64,000 bases of DNA from Flavobacteriales bacterium (GCA_018609055.1 JABAYJ010000006.1:10805-74804); one strand, 5' to 3'. Positions 10,363 to 20,888 are shown, counted from the first letter of the stretch. The notes: a model not told the origin generated them from the letters alone. Numbers and translations are program-made.

Positions 10363-10391
10363 TTCACGAAATAGGTTGTTTTTTTCATGAA
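10363..10391. promoter_or_regulatory. bipartite TTCATGAA element, copy A
   Basis: TTCACGAAATAGGTTGTTTTTTTCATGAA, 109 bp upstream of the ATG at 10254. See findings. Confidence 0.45.
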
Positions 10392-10402
10392 ATTATAAGC
10401 AC

Positions 10403-10436
10403 AAAAAAAATCCCTTTCGATAATCGAAAGAGATTT
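10403..10436 (-). terminator. rho-independent terminator
   Basis: Minus-strand stem CTCTTTCGA / TCGAAAGGG (one mismatch) followed by T8. It lies downstream of the gene ending at 10459. Confidence 0.7.
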
Positions 10437-10458
10437 GAATAATTAAAAGTTATATTTT

Positions 10459-12009
10459 TTATCTAAACAAAGTAACTGGGTAGTTTTGAGTTACCTCTTT
10501 TCCTCCGTAGAAACCTTGAAGTACTATGTAATAAGTACCTGGAGATAATTTAGCTCCTGACTCATCATTTCCATCCCAAGTAAATTTTGCATCATCTGAT
10601 TGAAACACTTGCTGTCCCCATCTGTTATAAATTCTGATATTTAGTGCGTCATAACATCTGTCATAAGCATCTTGCTTCAAGTAAAACAAATCGTTTATTC
10701 CATCTCCATCTGGAGAAAATACGTTTGGTGTATTGTAATCGTATACTGGTTCATTAACTGGTAATACAACTCTTCTCCTTACAGTATCTCTTGAATCATC
10801 ACAACCAATTGAGAAACCTAGTACTTCTACGTAGAAACTATCTACTGCTAATATCTCACACTGGTCAAGGTTCCAACAAAATCTAGCTCCTACTCTTCCA
10901 ATTCCTTCAAATTCTGTACTATTTAATTTTCTTATATTTAAATTGTTAGCTGTATCAGTTCCTCCAGTTGTAGCATCTTTCCAAGAAAAATCATATCTAC
11001 CTGTAGAGTTTGCTGCTGGTAATGAAGCTGTTGCTCCAAACTGGTAAGCATTTGATAAAATTTGAATAAAGAAAGTATCTTCTGGATCCTGATCAACTGC
11101 AACTACATCAAAACATCCATCTTCATCAAATGTAAAGGAAGAAATTGTAGCAAAATTTTCGAATGTTGGTAAAGTGTTATAAGTACAATTTAAGGCAGAC
11201 ATTTGAATATCTCTGTAAACATGTCCTATTTTAACTCCATTTCTATATTCATCACATCTTACTGAGATTACGAATAATCCTAGTTGTGCTGGACGTGCTG
11301 TTACAATTCCAGTAGCGCTATTAATTACACACTGTGTTCCAGGGCCTAATATATTAGCTAAGTTGTAACCAGCTTGCCATCCTAATAGTGAAAATGGTCT
11401 TGCTCCTCCAGGTCCTAGGTTATCAAATGGGTTAACTAGAGTATAAACTAAACTATCTCCATCAAAATCGAAACAAGAGAAATCAATTGCTTTATCGAAA
11501 CCAATACAGAAATAACCATCTTGTGGATACTGAACAAATAGTGGACTTGTGTTTCCTCCGGCTAATGCAGGATCAGGAATTTGTGCAGTCCAAACATTAC
11601 TGTTCGTTGATACATTCACAATTGATCCATTTCTACAACATGTGTTATAACTAGAATAATATCCGTTTGGATTATTTGCTAAAGTTACCGTAGCAGAATA
11701 ATAATGAACCTCTACACACAATCCTGGTGGAGTATAACATTCATCACCAAAAGCAATATTTACAAATGAATCTCTTTGCATTGTAATTGAAGTTACAGAA
11801 GCATTAGTAACATTATCAAAAATACGAGTAGTAATTGATGTTGGCGCACCAGCTGTAGAACCTTGGCAGTATCTAAACCATCTTGTTGTTACTACAAAAG
11901 TATTTGGTCCTGTCTGAGCAAAATGAACATCTCCTCCTACAATGTGTGTTGCAGATGAATCTGCACTTAACCCAAAACAAAGGGCAATTAAAAGCATTAT
12001 TTTTTTCAT
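10459..12009 (-). CDS. T9SS type B (gliding motility-associated C-terminal domain) secreted protein
   Basis: Signal peptide MKKIMLLIALCFGLSADSSA, a Cys-rich N-terminal region starting THIVGGDVHF, and C-terminal NVFSPDGDGINDLFYLK...YNRWGQQVFQS...WDGNDESG. ATG at 12009 is preferred over the TTG at 12033. Confidence 0.85.
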   Translation of the reverse strand: MKKIMLLIALCFGLSADSSATHIVGGDVHFAQTGPNTFVVTTRWFRYCQGSTAGAPTSITTRIFDNVTNASVTSITMQRDSFVNIAFGDECYTPPGLCVEVHYYSATVTLANNPNGYYSSYNTCCRNGSIVNVSTNSNVWTAQIPDPALAGGNTSPLFVQYPQDGYFCIGFDKAIDFSCFDFDGDSLVYTLVNPFDNLGPGGARPFSLLGWQAGYNLANILGPGTQCVINSATGIVTARPAQLGLFVISVRCDEYRNGVKIGHVYRDIQMSALNCTYNTLPTFENFATISSFTFDEDGCFDVVAVDQDPEDTFFIQILSNAYQFGATASLPAANSTGRYDFSWKDATTGGTDTANNLNIRKLNSTEFEGIGRVGARFCWNLDQCEILAVDSFYVEVLGFSIGCDDSRDTVRRRVVLPVNEPVYDYNTPNVFSPDGDGINDLFYLKQDAYDRCYDALNIRIYNRWGQQVFQSDDAKFTWDGNDESGAKLSPGTYYIVLQGFYGGKEVTQNYPVTLFR

Positions 12010-12030
12010 GTTGTAAATTTTAATTATTCT

Positions 12031-12038
12031 CAAATATA
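12031..12038 (-). promoter_or_regulatory. candidate -7 box (TATATTTG)
   Basis: Exact TAnnTTTG on the minus strand, 22 nt upstream of the ATG at 12009. Confidence 0.4.
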
Positions 12039-12088
12039 AAAAATTGAATCTTATTAAAAGACCTTTTCATTCTTATTATGGTATTTTC

Positions 12089-12117
12089 TTTATGAAACAC
12101 CTCTTTTTTTTCATGAA
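12089..12117. promoter_or_regulatory. bipartite TTCATGAA element, copy B
   Basis: TTTATGAAACACCTCTTTTTTTTCATGAA, 80 bp upstream of the ATG at 12009 and about 50 bp upstream of the -7 box. Confidence 0.45.
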
Positions 12118-12138
12118 CGATTTTAAGATTTAAATAAA

Positions 12139-13158
12139 CTAGAAAATATTCACTTCCCTTTCTAGCTCTATACCGAATGTTTGTTTAACAGAATTAAGAA
12201 TATCTGTGGATAGATTATAAATATCACCACCACTAGAATTTCCATAGTTTACTAATACTAGAGCTTGATTTTTATGCACTCCGTAATCACCAATTCTCTT
12301 TCCTTTCCAACCTAATGAATCGATAAGCCATCCTGCTGCAATTTTAACATCACCATTTGGTAATGGATAGTTAGCTATTTCAGGAAAATTCTTTATTAAT
12401 TCATCAAATTGCTCTTTTTTAATCACTGGATTTTTGAAAAAACTTCCGGCATTACCAATTTCCTTTGGATTAGGAAGCTTACTCGACCTAATATTGATTA
12501 CTGCATTACTTATAGCTTTTATTGATAACTCCTCAACTCCCATAGCTTCTAATTCAGCTTTTATAGCTCCATAAGAAGTTTTAAATATTGGTTTTTTTGT
12601 GAGTAGAAAAGTTACTGAAGTAATAACATATTGATCTTTGTAAATGTTCTTAAAAACACTTTCTCTGTAACCAAAATTACATTCCTCTTTATTAAAAACT
12701 CTTACCTCTCCTGTTTCAATATGAAACGCTTCAAGAGAATGAAAAACATCCTTAATCTCAACTCCATATGCTCCGATATTTTGCATAGGACTTGCTCCTA
12801 CACTTCCGGGTATTAGCGATAAATTTTCTATTCCCGCATAATCGTTATCAACACAATAAAGTACAAACTCATGCCAATTTTCTCCTGCACCAGATTTTAT
12901 TAAAACTTCCTCATTATTATCCGAAATTATTTCAATTCCTTTGATTTGATTTAAAATTACAACTCCATCAAAGTCTTTCGTAAAAAGCAAATTACTCCCT
13001 CCTCCCAAAATCAACATCTCTTCATCTAAAACTTCAAGATGAGAAGCTACTTCTTTAAGCTCTTGAATATCTGAGAATTGCGTGAATTTTTTAGCTTTTA
13101 CCGGCACACCAAAAGTGGTATAATTCTTGATTGCTTTGTTATGTTGAATGTGTATCAA
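12139..13158 (-). CDS. murB: UDP-N-acetylmuramate dehydrogenase
   Basis: FAD-binding LGGGSNLLF, GAGENWHEFV, GLENLSLIPGSVGA-like IENLSLIPGSVGASP and the C-terminal MurB domain. TTG start. Confidence 0.9.
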   Translation of the reverse strand: MIHIQHNKAIKNYTTFGVPVKAKKFTQFSDIQELKEVASHLEVLDEEMLILGGGSNLLFTKDFDGVVILNQIKGIEIISDNNEEVLIKSGAGENWHEFVLYCVDNDYAGIENLSLIPGSVGASPMQNIGAYGVEIKDVFHSLEAFHIETGEVRVFNKEECNFGYRESVFKNIYKDQYVITSVTFLLTKKPIFKTSYGAIKAELEAMGVEELSIKAISNAVINIRSSKLPNPKEIGNAGSFFKNPVIKKEQFDELIKNFPEIANYPLPNGDVKIAAGWLIDSLGWKGKRIGDYGVHKNQALVLVNYGNSSGGDIYNLSTDILNSVKQTFGIELEREVNIF

Positions 13159-13166
13159 TTTATTTG

Positions 13167-13174
13167 TAATTTTG
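13167..13174 (+). promoter_or_regulatory. candidate -7 box (TAATTTTG)
   Basis: Exact TAnnTTTG, 87 nt upstream of the ATG at 13261. Confidence 0.35.
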
Positions 13175-13260
13175 AGAATGCTTAAAAATACTACTTTTTT
13201 TATTTTACATAGGCATCACTTTGCATTCCGAATCGTATATTTATAGAATAGATATAGATT

Positions 13261-16200
13261 ATGTTGAACAAAAAAAGCTTAAAACACCTCTTAACCTCCC
13301 TTGTGGGTTTCGCGTATATGGGTGTTTTGGCGCAACATAATCACGACAACAAACCTACTAACACTTATTTTTTTAAAGAAAATAAAGGGCAGTGGAATTC
13401 TGAAATTTTATTTAAAGCAAATCTTTCTGAAGGTGCTATGTTTCTAGAGAATGATGGAATAACTTATCATTTTCAAGATAAATCATGGATAAGAAACACA
13501 CATGGCACAGTTGATCCACCTCCGCCACCAAAAACTATAAAAGGACATGCTATTAAAGCTAGTTTTTTAGGTTCAAATGCGACCCCAACAATTTCTACTG
13601 ATAGATCTGCTCCACATTACGAAAACTATTTCTTAGGTAATGATAAATCTAAATGGGCTTCCTATGTAAAAATTTACAATGAAGTTACTTACTCTAATCT
13701 TTACAATTTTATTGATTTCAAAATTTATGAGCAGGATGCTAACATTAAATATGATTTTATTGTTCATCCAGGAGGAAAAACTAATAATATTAAGATAAAA
13801 TACCAAGGAGCTGAGGATGTTTATTTAGAAAACGGAATCCTTTATGTTAAGACTACACTTACTGATGTTATTGAAAACAGGCCTTACTCTTATCAAATAA
13901 TCAATGATAAAAAAATTGAAGTTCCAAGTAAATTTGTACTTAGAAACAAGATTTTATCTTTTGATTTCCCAGAAGGCTATGATAAAAATTACGAGTTAAT
14001 TATTGATCCATTTCTTGTATTTAGTTCTTATTCTGGTTCTACAGCAGATAATTTTGGTTTTACTGCAACCTACGATACTTTAGGCTTTACCTATGGTGGT
14101 GGAATTGTATACGGAACTGGTTATCCAACAACACTTGGAGCATACGATAGTACTTTTAATGGAACCGGAGCTATTCCTGTTGATATTGGTATTACTAAAT
14201 ACAATCTTAATGGAACTGGATTAATTTACTCAACTTACCTAGGTGGAACTGCAGGAGATGCTCCTCATAGTTTAGTAACCAATGATGCAGGAGAATTATT
14301 TATTTACGGAACTACAGGTTCGAATAACTATCCTACAACTACTGGATGTTATGACAATACATTTAATGGTGGTTCAAATTTAATGTTTACAATTTCCTCT
14401 GTGCAATATGGTAGTGGAAGTGATATTGTTTTAACAAGACTAAATGCTGCAGGAAGTGCAATTTTAGGTTCAACTTATTTGGGAGGTACTGGAAATGATG
14501 GATTAAATTTAGCTGCGGGTTTAAAAAGAAACTACGGAGATGAGTTCAGAGGTGAAATTATAGTTGATGATTTTAATAACGTATACATTAACTCTGTTAC
14601 TGCATCTACCAATTTTCCGACAGTAAACGGTCGTGCTAGCCATGGTGGTTATGATGCCGTATTTGTAAAAATGAATGCTAACTTGTCGACTATATTATAT
14701 AGTACTCATTTTGGTGGGACAGGATCTGATGCTGGATATGGTTTGCAAAATGATGCTGCTGGCAATCTTTTTATCACTGGAGGAACAAATAGTACAACTT
14801 TAGATTCTGTATCAAACACCTTTAATGGAACAGTTGATGGATATCTAGCCAAATATTCTCCGGCAGGAGCAATTATGAGCTCAAGGTATATTGGAACTAC
14901 TCTTTATGATCAAACATATTTTGTACAAGTAGATATCACTGATTCTATTTACGTTTTAGGACAAAGTAATTCTGCTCTCCCTGTAACAGCAGGAAAATAT
15001 TCAAATACTGGAGGTAGACAGTTTATTCAAAAATTCAGTAATGACCTAAGCGTCATGGAATACAGTACAATTGTTGGATCTGGTCGATCGAGCCCTGATT
15101 TTTCGCCTTCGGCATTCTTAGTAAATGATTGCGGGCTTATTTATTTGTGTGGATGGGGAGGAAGTTTAGTAGGAAGTGGATCTTCAACAACTGGTTTACC
15201 AATAACACCTGGAGCTTTTCAAACAACTACAAACGGAACAGATTTTTACCTTATGGTATTAGATGAAGATGCTACAGGACTTAATTACGCTACTTTTTTT
15301 GGTGGAGGAGTAAGTGCTGAACATGTAGATGGAGGTACTAGTAGATTTGATAAAAAAGGAAATGTGTACCAAGCAGTGTGTGCAGGATGTGGAGGAAGAA
15401 ATGATTTCCCTACTTCTACTGGAGCATGGTCTACAACTAATGGATCTACGAACTGTAACTTAGGTGTTTTTAAATTTAATATCAATGAGGTAAAAGCATC
15501 AGCAAGTGTTCCAACAGCAACTATTTGTTTTCCAAGTTCTACAACCTTTGGAAATAACAGTTTAAATGGAAATACTTATTTATGGACCTTTGGTGATGGT
15601 ACAACAAGTAGTTTATTTGCTCCTTCTCACACTTATGCTGCAGCAGGAACCTACACAGTAGTTCTTACTGTATCAGATTCTACTGGATGTATAAAGCCTG
15701 ATACTGCTTCAATAAATTTAGTTGTTTTTGATCCGGCTTTGGCTGTTACAAGCCCAGATACCATAATTTGTCCTGGAGCTTCTGCACAATTAAGAGCCAA
15801 TGGAGGAACTTCCTATCTATGGAGCCCAGCTGCTACATTGAGTAATCCTACTATTCAAAATCCAATTGCTTCACCAATCGTTCCTACAACCTACCAAATA
15901 ATAGTTACAAACCCTTGTGGGCAAGATACTTCTTATGTAAATGTTGGTTTCCATACAATTGCAACAAGTATTTCTAACGATACAACTATTTGCTCTGGAG
16001 ATACTGCTAACATTTTAGCCACAGGTGGAGGTAGCTATTTATGGACGCAAGCTGCAAGCTTAACAAACGCTTCAATAGGGAATCCTGGAGCTTTCCCAAT
16101 AACTACAACAACTTACACTACTTCCATCACTACACCTGATGGTTGTCTTGCTCAAGAATCTTTAATTGTTACGGTTATTTATGTTCCTACACCTACTTTA

Positions 16201-17133
16201 TCTGCAGATGATTCTATTTGCTTTGGAGATACAAAAACATTGATAGCAACTGGTGCTGATACTTATAGTTGGTCACCAAGTGCAAGTCTTTCTGCATCAA
16301 CAGGGAGTTCCGTAATTGCAACACCACCAGCAAACACAACCTACTATGTAGATTACACAAATAGCTGTACTACTTTAAGAGACAGTGTTTTTATTGCTGT
16401 GGTTGTGCCTCAAGCTTTTTCTGCACCTAATGACACTATATGTTTTAATGAACTTGTTTTGGTTTGGGCATCTGGTGGAGTTTCTTACTCTTGGAGCCCG
16501 GCTCAATATGTAACAAGTCCAACAAATGACTCAACTTTTGTAGACCCTCCAACTCCAACTAATTTTAGAGTTATTGTTACTGATAATGTCGGATGTACAG
16601 ATACTGCTTTCACTTATATTGGATTTTCACCTGTACCAACAATTAATGCTGGTCCAAATCAAATCATCAATTTTGGAGAGGTAGCTACATTATCTGCAAC
16701 ATCTTCTCCAGGAACATTTTCTTGGGCTGCTAATAAAAGTTTAGGCTGTCCTACTTGTAAAACGACTGTTGCCCAACCTGGTAATACAACAACTTATATT
16801 GCAACTTTAGCAGATCCTTACGGATGTTTTGTTTATGATACAGTAACCATATTTTTAGAGGGAAGTTTATACGTGCCTAATTCATTCACACCAAATGGTG
16901 ATGGTATAAATGATGAATTCGTTATTATATCAGAAGACATTACAAACTTTAGTTTAATGATATTTAATAGATGGGGCGAACTGCTTTATGAAAGCACAGA
17001 CATTGAAGAAAGTTGGGACGGAACTTACAAAGGTAAATTATCCCAAATTGATACGTATATCTGGAAAATTAGATACTCAGATGTTAATAAAAAGTCCAAA
17101 GATATCTATGGCCATGTAAACCTTATCAGATAA
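13261..17133 (+). CDS. large cell-surface protein: SBBP-type beta-propeller repeats, PKD domain, five Ig-like repeats, T9SS type B C-terminal domain
   Basis: Signal peptide. Repeated NNYPTT.G.YD.TFNGG / STYLGGTG.D units. PKD signature WTFGDGTTS...HTYAAAGTYTVVLTVSD. C-terminal VPNSFTPNGDGINDEFVI...FNRWGELLYES...WDGTYKGK. Confidence 0.9.
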   Translation: MLNKKSLKHLLTSLVGFAYMGVLAQHNHDNKPTNTYFFKENKGQWNSEILFKANLSEGAMFLENDGITYHFQDKSWIRNTHGTVDPPPPPKTIKGHAIKASFLGSNATPTISTDRSAPHYENYFLGNDKSKWASYVKIYNEVTYSNLYNFIDFKIYEQDANIKYDFIVHPGGKTNNIKIKYQGAEDVYLENGILYVKTTLTDVIENRPYSYQIINDKKIEVPSKFVLRNKILSFDFPEGYDKNYELIIDPFLVFSSYSGSTADNFGFTATYDTLGFTYGGGIVYGTGYPTTLGAYDSTFNGTGAIPVDIGITKYNLNGTGLIYSTYLGGTAGDAPHSLVTNDAGELFIYGTTGSNNYPTTTGCYDNTFNGGSNLMFTISSVQYGSGSDIVLTRLNAAGSAILGSTYLGGTGNDGLNLAAGLKRNYGDEFRGEIIVDDFNNVYINSVTASTNFPTVNGRASHGGYDAVFVKMNANLSTILYSTHFGGTGSDAGYGLQNDAAGNLFITGGTNSTTLDSVSNTFNGTVDGYLAKYSPAGAIMSSRYIGTTLYDQTYFVQVDITDSIYVLGQSNSALPVTAGKYSNTGGRQFIQKFSNDLSVMEYSTIVGSGRSSPDFSPSAFLVNDCGLIYLCGWGGSLVGSGSSTTGLPITPGAFQTTTNGTDFYLMVLDEDATGLNYATFFGGGVSAEHVDGGTSRFDKKGNVYQAVCAGCGGRNDFPTSTGAWSTTNGSTNCNLGVFKFNINEVKASASVPTATICFPSSTTFGNNSLNGNTYLWTFGDGTTSSLFAPSHTYAAAGTYTVVLTVSDSTGCIKPDTASINLVVFDPALAVTSPDTIICPGASAQLRANGGTSYLWSPAATLSNPTIQNPIASPIVPTTYQIIVTNPCGQDTSYVNVGFHTIATSISNDTTICSGDTANILATGGGSYLWTQAASLTNASIGNPGAFPITTTTYTTSITTPDGCLAQESLIVTVIYVPTPTLSADDSICFGDTKTLIATGADTYSWSPSASLSASTGSSVIATPPANTTYYVDYTNSCTTLRDSVFIAVVVPQAFSAPNDTICFNELVLVWASGGVSYSWSPAQYVTSPTNDSTFVDPPTPTNFRVIVTDNVGCTDTAFTYIGFSPVPTINAGPNQIINFGEVATLSATSSPGTFSWAANKSLGCPTCKTTVAQPGNTTTYIATLADPYGCFVYDTVTIFLEGSLYVPNSFTPNGDGINDEFVIISEDITNFSLMIFNRWGELLYESTDIEESWDGTYKGKLSQIDTYIWKIRYSDVNKKSKDIYGHVNLIR
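15757..16860 (+). repeat. five tandem ~73-aa intragenic repeats
   Basis: The pattern D..IC.G....L.A.GG.SY.WSP...L.......NP.A.P...TTY.V......C recurs five times inside the 13261 gene. Confidence 0.7.
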
Positions 17134-17134
17134 A

Positions 17135-17920
17135 TTAGTCTGTTTTGTAATTTATCTCTCTATAGTTTCCTAATAGCAAAGTCCAATCATAAGTAGTAAA
17201 CTGAATTTTTTTTGGTTTAGAAACAATGATATTCCTTTTGTATAAGATTTTTTTAGCTCCTCTTATTCCACCAAAATCTCCTCTGAACCAAGAAAAAAAG
17301 GACATTGTGGTAACAACTCTTGTTTCAGAATTATATGTTGTTTGTTCCTCTAGATAATTTCTTGTCATAAAATCAAATTCTGAATTAAGCATCTCTGGAG
17401 AATAGGTAGCTATTGGAGGACAACTTTTTGCACCACAATTAAGCGCAAAATGAACACGCCAATCTTTCTTGTCTACTCTAAGCTTTCTTTCCCACATAGG
17501 CCTGAAAATTCTGCGGATATATCCAGCTCCTATTGGAGATTGAGATTTTCTTATTATGCCATGCTCTATATCAGCAAAAGAAAGTAATTCTCCTGCAATC
17601 TTAATTCGTTCCTCCGAAAAAAAGGCTCTCCTATCTTCGTACAACTCAGGTTTTGTTGCCAATGTATATTGAATAAACCCATTATAAACATTAACCCAAA
17701 AAGCTAATTTTTGATCATTAGTTACAATCTTAGTTATTATATCTTCAATAGTAGTTTTCGAAAATAGTTCTACAATGTGATCAACAGATTTTTTTTGTTT
17801 TTGAATATTAATAAACTGCTGTGATGCAGTTATCAGTTCATTTTTTTCTTGAGCTATACTTATATTTCCAAATGATACTAGTACGAGTAAAAGCCAAGAA
17901 ATCCTTATTGTTTGAGTCAT
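17135..17920 (-). CDS. DUF547 domain-containing protein
   Basis: Signal peptide. WVNVYNGFIQ and HFALNCGAKSCPPI are characteristic of DUF547. Confidence 0.75.
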   Translation of the reverse strand: MTQTIRISWLLLVLVSFGNISIAQEKNELITASQQFINIQKQKKSVDHIVELFSKTTIEDIITKIVTNDQKLAFWVNVYNGFIQYTLATKPELYEDRRAFFSEERIKIAGELLSFADIEHGIIRKSQSPIGAGYIRRIFRPMWERKLRVDKKDWRVHFALNCGAKSCPPIATYSPEMLNSEFDFMTRNYLEEQTTYNSETRVVTTMSFFSWFRGDFGGIRGAKKILYKRNIIVSKPKKIQFTTYDWTLLLGNYREINYKTD

Positions 17921-18011
17921 TATATTTGTTTTGATATATAATTATTAATTCAATATACAATGTGGTAAACGATTAATCTTCTTTTATCATACGAAATAAT
18001 GGAAAGAATTA

Positions 18012-18019
18012 TAGTTTTG
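18012..18019 (+). promoter_or_regulatory. candidate -7 box (TAGTTTTG)
   Basis: Exact TAnnTTTG, but only 6 nt before the ATG at 18026. If used, the mRNA would be essentially leaderless. Confidence 0.3.
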
Positions 18020-18025
18020 TAATCA

Positions 18026-18727
18026 ATGAGCACATCTATATCAATCATAATTCCTTGTTTTAATGAGGCAGAAAATCTGTCAAAAAAACTACCTAGAATA
18101 ACTGCTATATCTGAAAAAAATATAGTTGAAATAATAGTTGTAGACTGTTTAAAATCGTCAGATGAGTTAGAAAACATTTGTAACCCATTCCCTAATGTTA
18201 CTTACTTAAAAAGTAAAGAATCTGGAAGAGCGATTCAAATGAACTTTGGTGCTAAGCATGCAAAAAATGATGTGCTGCTTTTTCTTCATGCTGATGTAAG
18301 CATTCCAGAAAATTATGCGAATTTAATTTTTGATACTCTTAAAGAAAATGATGCCGGATTCTTTAATTACAAATTTGATAAAGAAGGTTTTTGGATGAGA
18401 TTTAATGCTTCTTTTGTAAAGGAAAAAGGAACCTTTACTGGTGGTGGCGATCAATGCCATTTCTTTAAAAAAGAGACTTTTAATAAGCTTAATGGGTATA
18501 ATGAGGAGTATGTGATAATGGAAGATTTTGAATTGATTAACCGTGTTAAAAAACAAAACATCCCCTACTCTATTATTAAAACACCTGTAACTGTTAGCGC
18601 CAGAAAATACGAGAAAAACTCTTGGTTCAAAGTCTCCTTAATAAATGGTTATGTATTTCTATTATATAAGCTGGGTGCTTCCCCTAAAAGATTAGAAAGA
18701 GGATATACTAGACTATTAAGAAAGTAA
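18026..18727 (+). CDS. family 2 glycosyltransferase (resembles the TIGR04283 subfamily)
   Basis: IIIPCFNEAENL, GRAIQMNFGAKHAKNDVLLFLHADV, GGGDQCHFFKKETF, VIMEDFEL. Confidence 0.7.
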   Translation: MSTSISIIIPCFNEAENLSKKLPRITAISEKNIVEIIVVDCLKSSDELENICNPFPNVTYLKSKESGRAIQMNFGAKHAKNDVLLFLHADVSIPENYANLIFDTLKENDAGFFNYKFDKEGFWMRFNASFVKEKGTFTGGGDQCHFFKKETFNKLNGYNEEYVIMEDFELINRVKKQNIPYSIIKTPVTVSARKYEKNSWFKVSLINGYVFLLYKLGASPKRLERGYTRLLRK

Positions 18728-18729
18728 AA

Positions 18730-19185
18730 TTAATCTAGTTCAAATGTTGGAATTTCTTGAAGATATTCATACGAATCATTCTCAAAATCTATTTTACAAA
18801 TAAAATGTTGTAATCCATTAGTGACAATTAAAAATGGAACTTTTAGTGTCATATTATATCCTGCAATTTGTGCAAATGTTGCCTGACTTATCTTTACTTC
18901 AGGAGCTTTGCACTCAATTAATAAAAAAGGATTACCCGATTTATTATACACCAAAGCATCAAACCTCTTTTGACGGTTATTGACCAAAATCTGCTTTTCT
19001 ACTCGAAAATAATTTCTTGAATAACCGTGATGATTAATTAAAAAATGAATCAAATTTTGCCTCACCCATTCTTCAGGAGTTAGAACAAAATAATCTTTAC
19101 GAATTACATCATAAATAAAGTACTTGTCGTCTTTTTTATGAATTTTATAATCGTATTCAGGAAGATTAAGAGATGCTAATTCCAA
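18730..19185 (-). CDS. type I restriction enzyme HsdR N-terminal domain-like protein (PD-(D/E)xK fold), stand-alone
   Basis: RFDALVYNKSGNPFLLIECKAPEVKI carries a D...ExK nuclease-like motif. 151 aa. Confidence 0.65.
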   Translation of the reverse strand: MELASLNLPEYDYKIHKKDDKYFIYDVIRKDYFVLTPEEWVRQNLIHFLINHHGYSRNYFRVEKQILVNNRQKRFDALVYNKSGNPFLLIECKAPEVKISQATFAQIAGYNMTLKVPFLIVTNGLQHFICKIDFENDSYEYLQEIPTFELD

Positions 19186-19188
19186 AAT

Positions 19189-20817
19189 TTAAAAATTAGG
19201 AATTGCCTTATTCTTAGGATGCTTCACTTGGTAAGTGATTTTATGAACCTCAGTCTTACCAGGCTTAAGAGTATACTGCCAAGTTAATTTTCCTGTTTCT
19301 TCGTCTTTTTTAGCTCCCGAAATATCTTTGTATTCAATCTCGATACTAGCATCACCAGAAACTGGAACTTGATCTTCTATCATTATTTCTATATCCTTAG
19401 ACTTAGTATTCTTTACAGAAATTTGAATCCCCATGTTCACTCTTTTACTACCACCTAACACACTTCTTTTAGATAAATCTTTAATTTTCTCTCTCTTAAC
19501 AATAATGCTTTCGTCTTTTCCTAAAACCAATCTCATTGTATCCGAAACCGAATTAGGATTGATAAGACTTGTTCCCACGAAGTTTCCTTCCATAAATAAA
19601 TTTGCCACACCAGGAAGCAAGTTATATTGTTCCCAATCTGTTACTTGAGCAATCAAGAAAACATCACAACTATACTTTGGTGCTGCATAGTATAAATAGT
19701 TTGCTGGAAGAGTAAACTTCTCTAGTTCAACAACAGCCTTCCCATTTTTTCCAATAATTGAATAAGGTAACGACACATTAAACTCTCTACTTACCATGTT
19801 CTCAGTAGCAGTTGTATAATTAGCCATTGATTTAGCAGTTGACCCATAACTCCATCCAGAAGAGGCAGATTGTTCTTTCTTATTTGAGTAGGCATTATCA
19901 ACTCTATTCGATACACTCAATGATTTTTGCATTCTCCTTTCATATCTCAATATCCAAGGATGAACTGTTGGTAAAACTCCGTTATTTAGCGGTTGACTTG
20001 TTGAAAGAGTCAACTTCACATTCTTCCAATCGATAGTTGAATTTTGGTAAATCTTAGCTTTACAAATTGCAGTTAAGTTATCCTCATTACTACTTCCTTT
20101 AATTTCGTAAAAAGGAGTCCAACTTACATTATTAATAACATACACCAATCTCATTGGAACTGTTTGAGCTCTATCGGATATTACTTCTAGTTTCAAAACA
20201 TTGTTTCTAGTTTTAAATCCTTCTTTAGTAAGTTCTGTACTAAACTCATATTTTTTCACTTTAGCATGAGCTGTGTAAATACTTTGGTCATAAATTTTTT
20301 CATCTAATAAGTCTAAATTGTTTCTGTAATAGTCAGCCAAATCAGACATATTATCTAAATTGAAACCACTATTTACTCCATTTGCGCTTTTATTATAAAG
20401 AATAGCATTTTTCTCAGCTTGTAAATTCTGTACCTTTTTAATACTCAACTGCTCTGTTCTTTTCCAATATTCTAGGCTATCCATTAAGCTAAGAATACGA
20501 ATAGAATACATTGATTTTTTTACATTTTCGTTAGCAAAGTTATTTGACACAACCGTTACATCACTTCCTGTTGCTGATACCTGAAGAGAGTTAGCAACCA
20601 CAGAACTTTCCATATCTGTAAACTTTACGATATTCATGCCTTTTTCTAATTTCACATTCTGTACTCTAGTTAACTGAGCTTGATTAGAAAAAATAATAGC
20701 TTCCTTAACCTCCGATTCTACAGAAACCTGAGCTTGAGAGGTAAGAGAAAGAAAAAGAATTACAATTAATGATATATTTATATGTTTCATAATAGAATTT
20801 AAAGATTTTTTAATCAA
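19189..20817 (-). CDS. DUF4139 domain-containing protein (MuiA-like)
   Basis: Signal peptide. The N-terminal V.EAIIFSNQAQLTR block looks DUF4140-like and the long C-terminal region resembles DUF4139. 542 aa. Confidence 0.6.
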   Translation of the reverse strand: MIKKSLNSIMKHINISLIVILFLSLTSQAQVSVESEVKEAIIFSNQAQLTRVQNVKLEKGMNIVKFTDMESSVVANSLQVSATGSDVTVVSNNFANENVKKSMYSIRILSLMDSLEYWKRTEQLSIKKVQNLQAEKNAILYNKSANGVNSGFNLDNMSDLADYYRNNLDLLDEKIYDQSIYTAHAKVKKYEFSTELTKEGFKTRNNVLKLEVISDRAQTVPMRLVYVINNVSWTPFYEIKGSSNEDNLTAICKAKIYQNSTIDWKNVKLTLSTSQPLNNGVLPTVHPWILRYERRMQKSLSVSNRVDNAYSNKKEQSASSGWSYGSTAKSMANYTTATENMVSREFNVSLPYSIIGKNGKAVVELEKFTLPANYLYYAAPKYSCDVFLIAQVTDWEQYNLLPGVANLFMEGNFVGTSLINPNSVSDTMRLVLGKDESIIVKREKIKDLSKRSVLGGSKRVNMGIQISVKNTKSKDIEIMIEDQVPVSGDASIEIEYKDISGAKKDEETGKLTWQYTLKPGKTEVHKITYQVKHPKNKAIPNF

Positions 20818-20888
20818 ATTTATAGTGCAAAGATAGCGAAAACCAATGCAAACGAATAACGATTGATATTGATAAAAAGTATAAAAAA

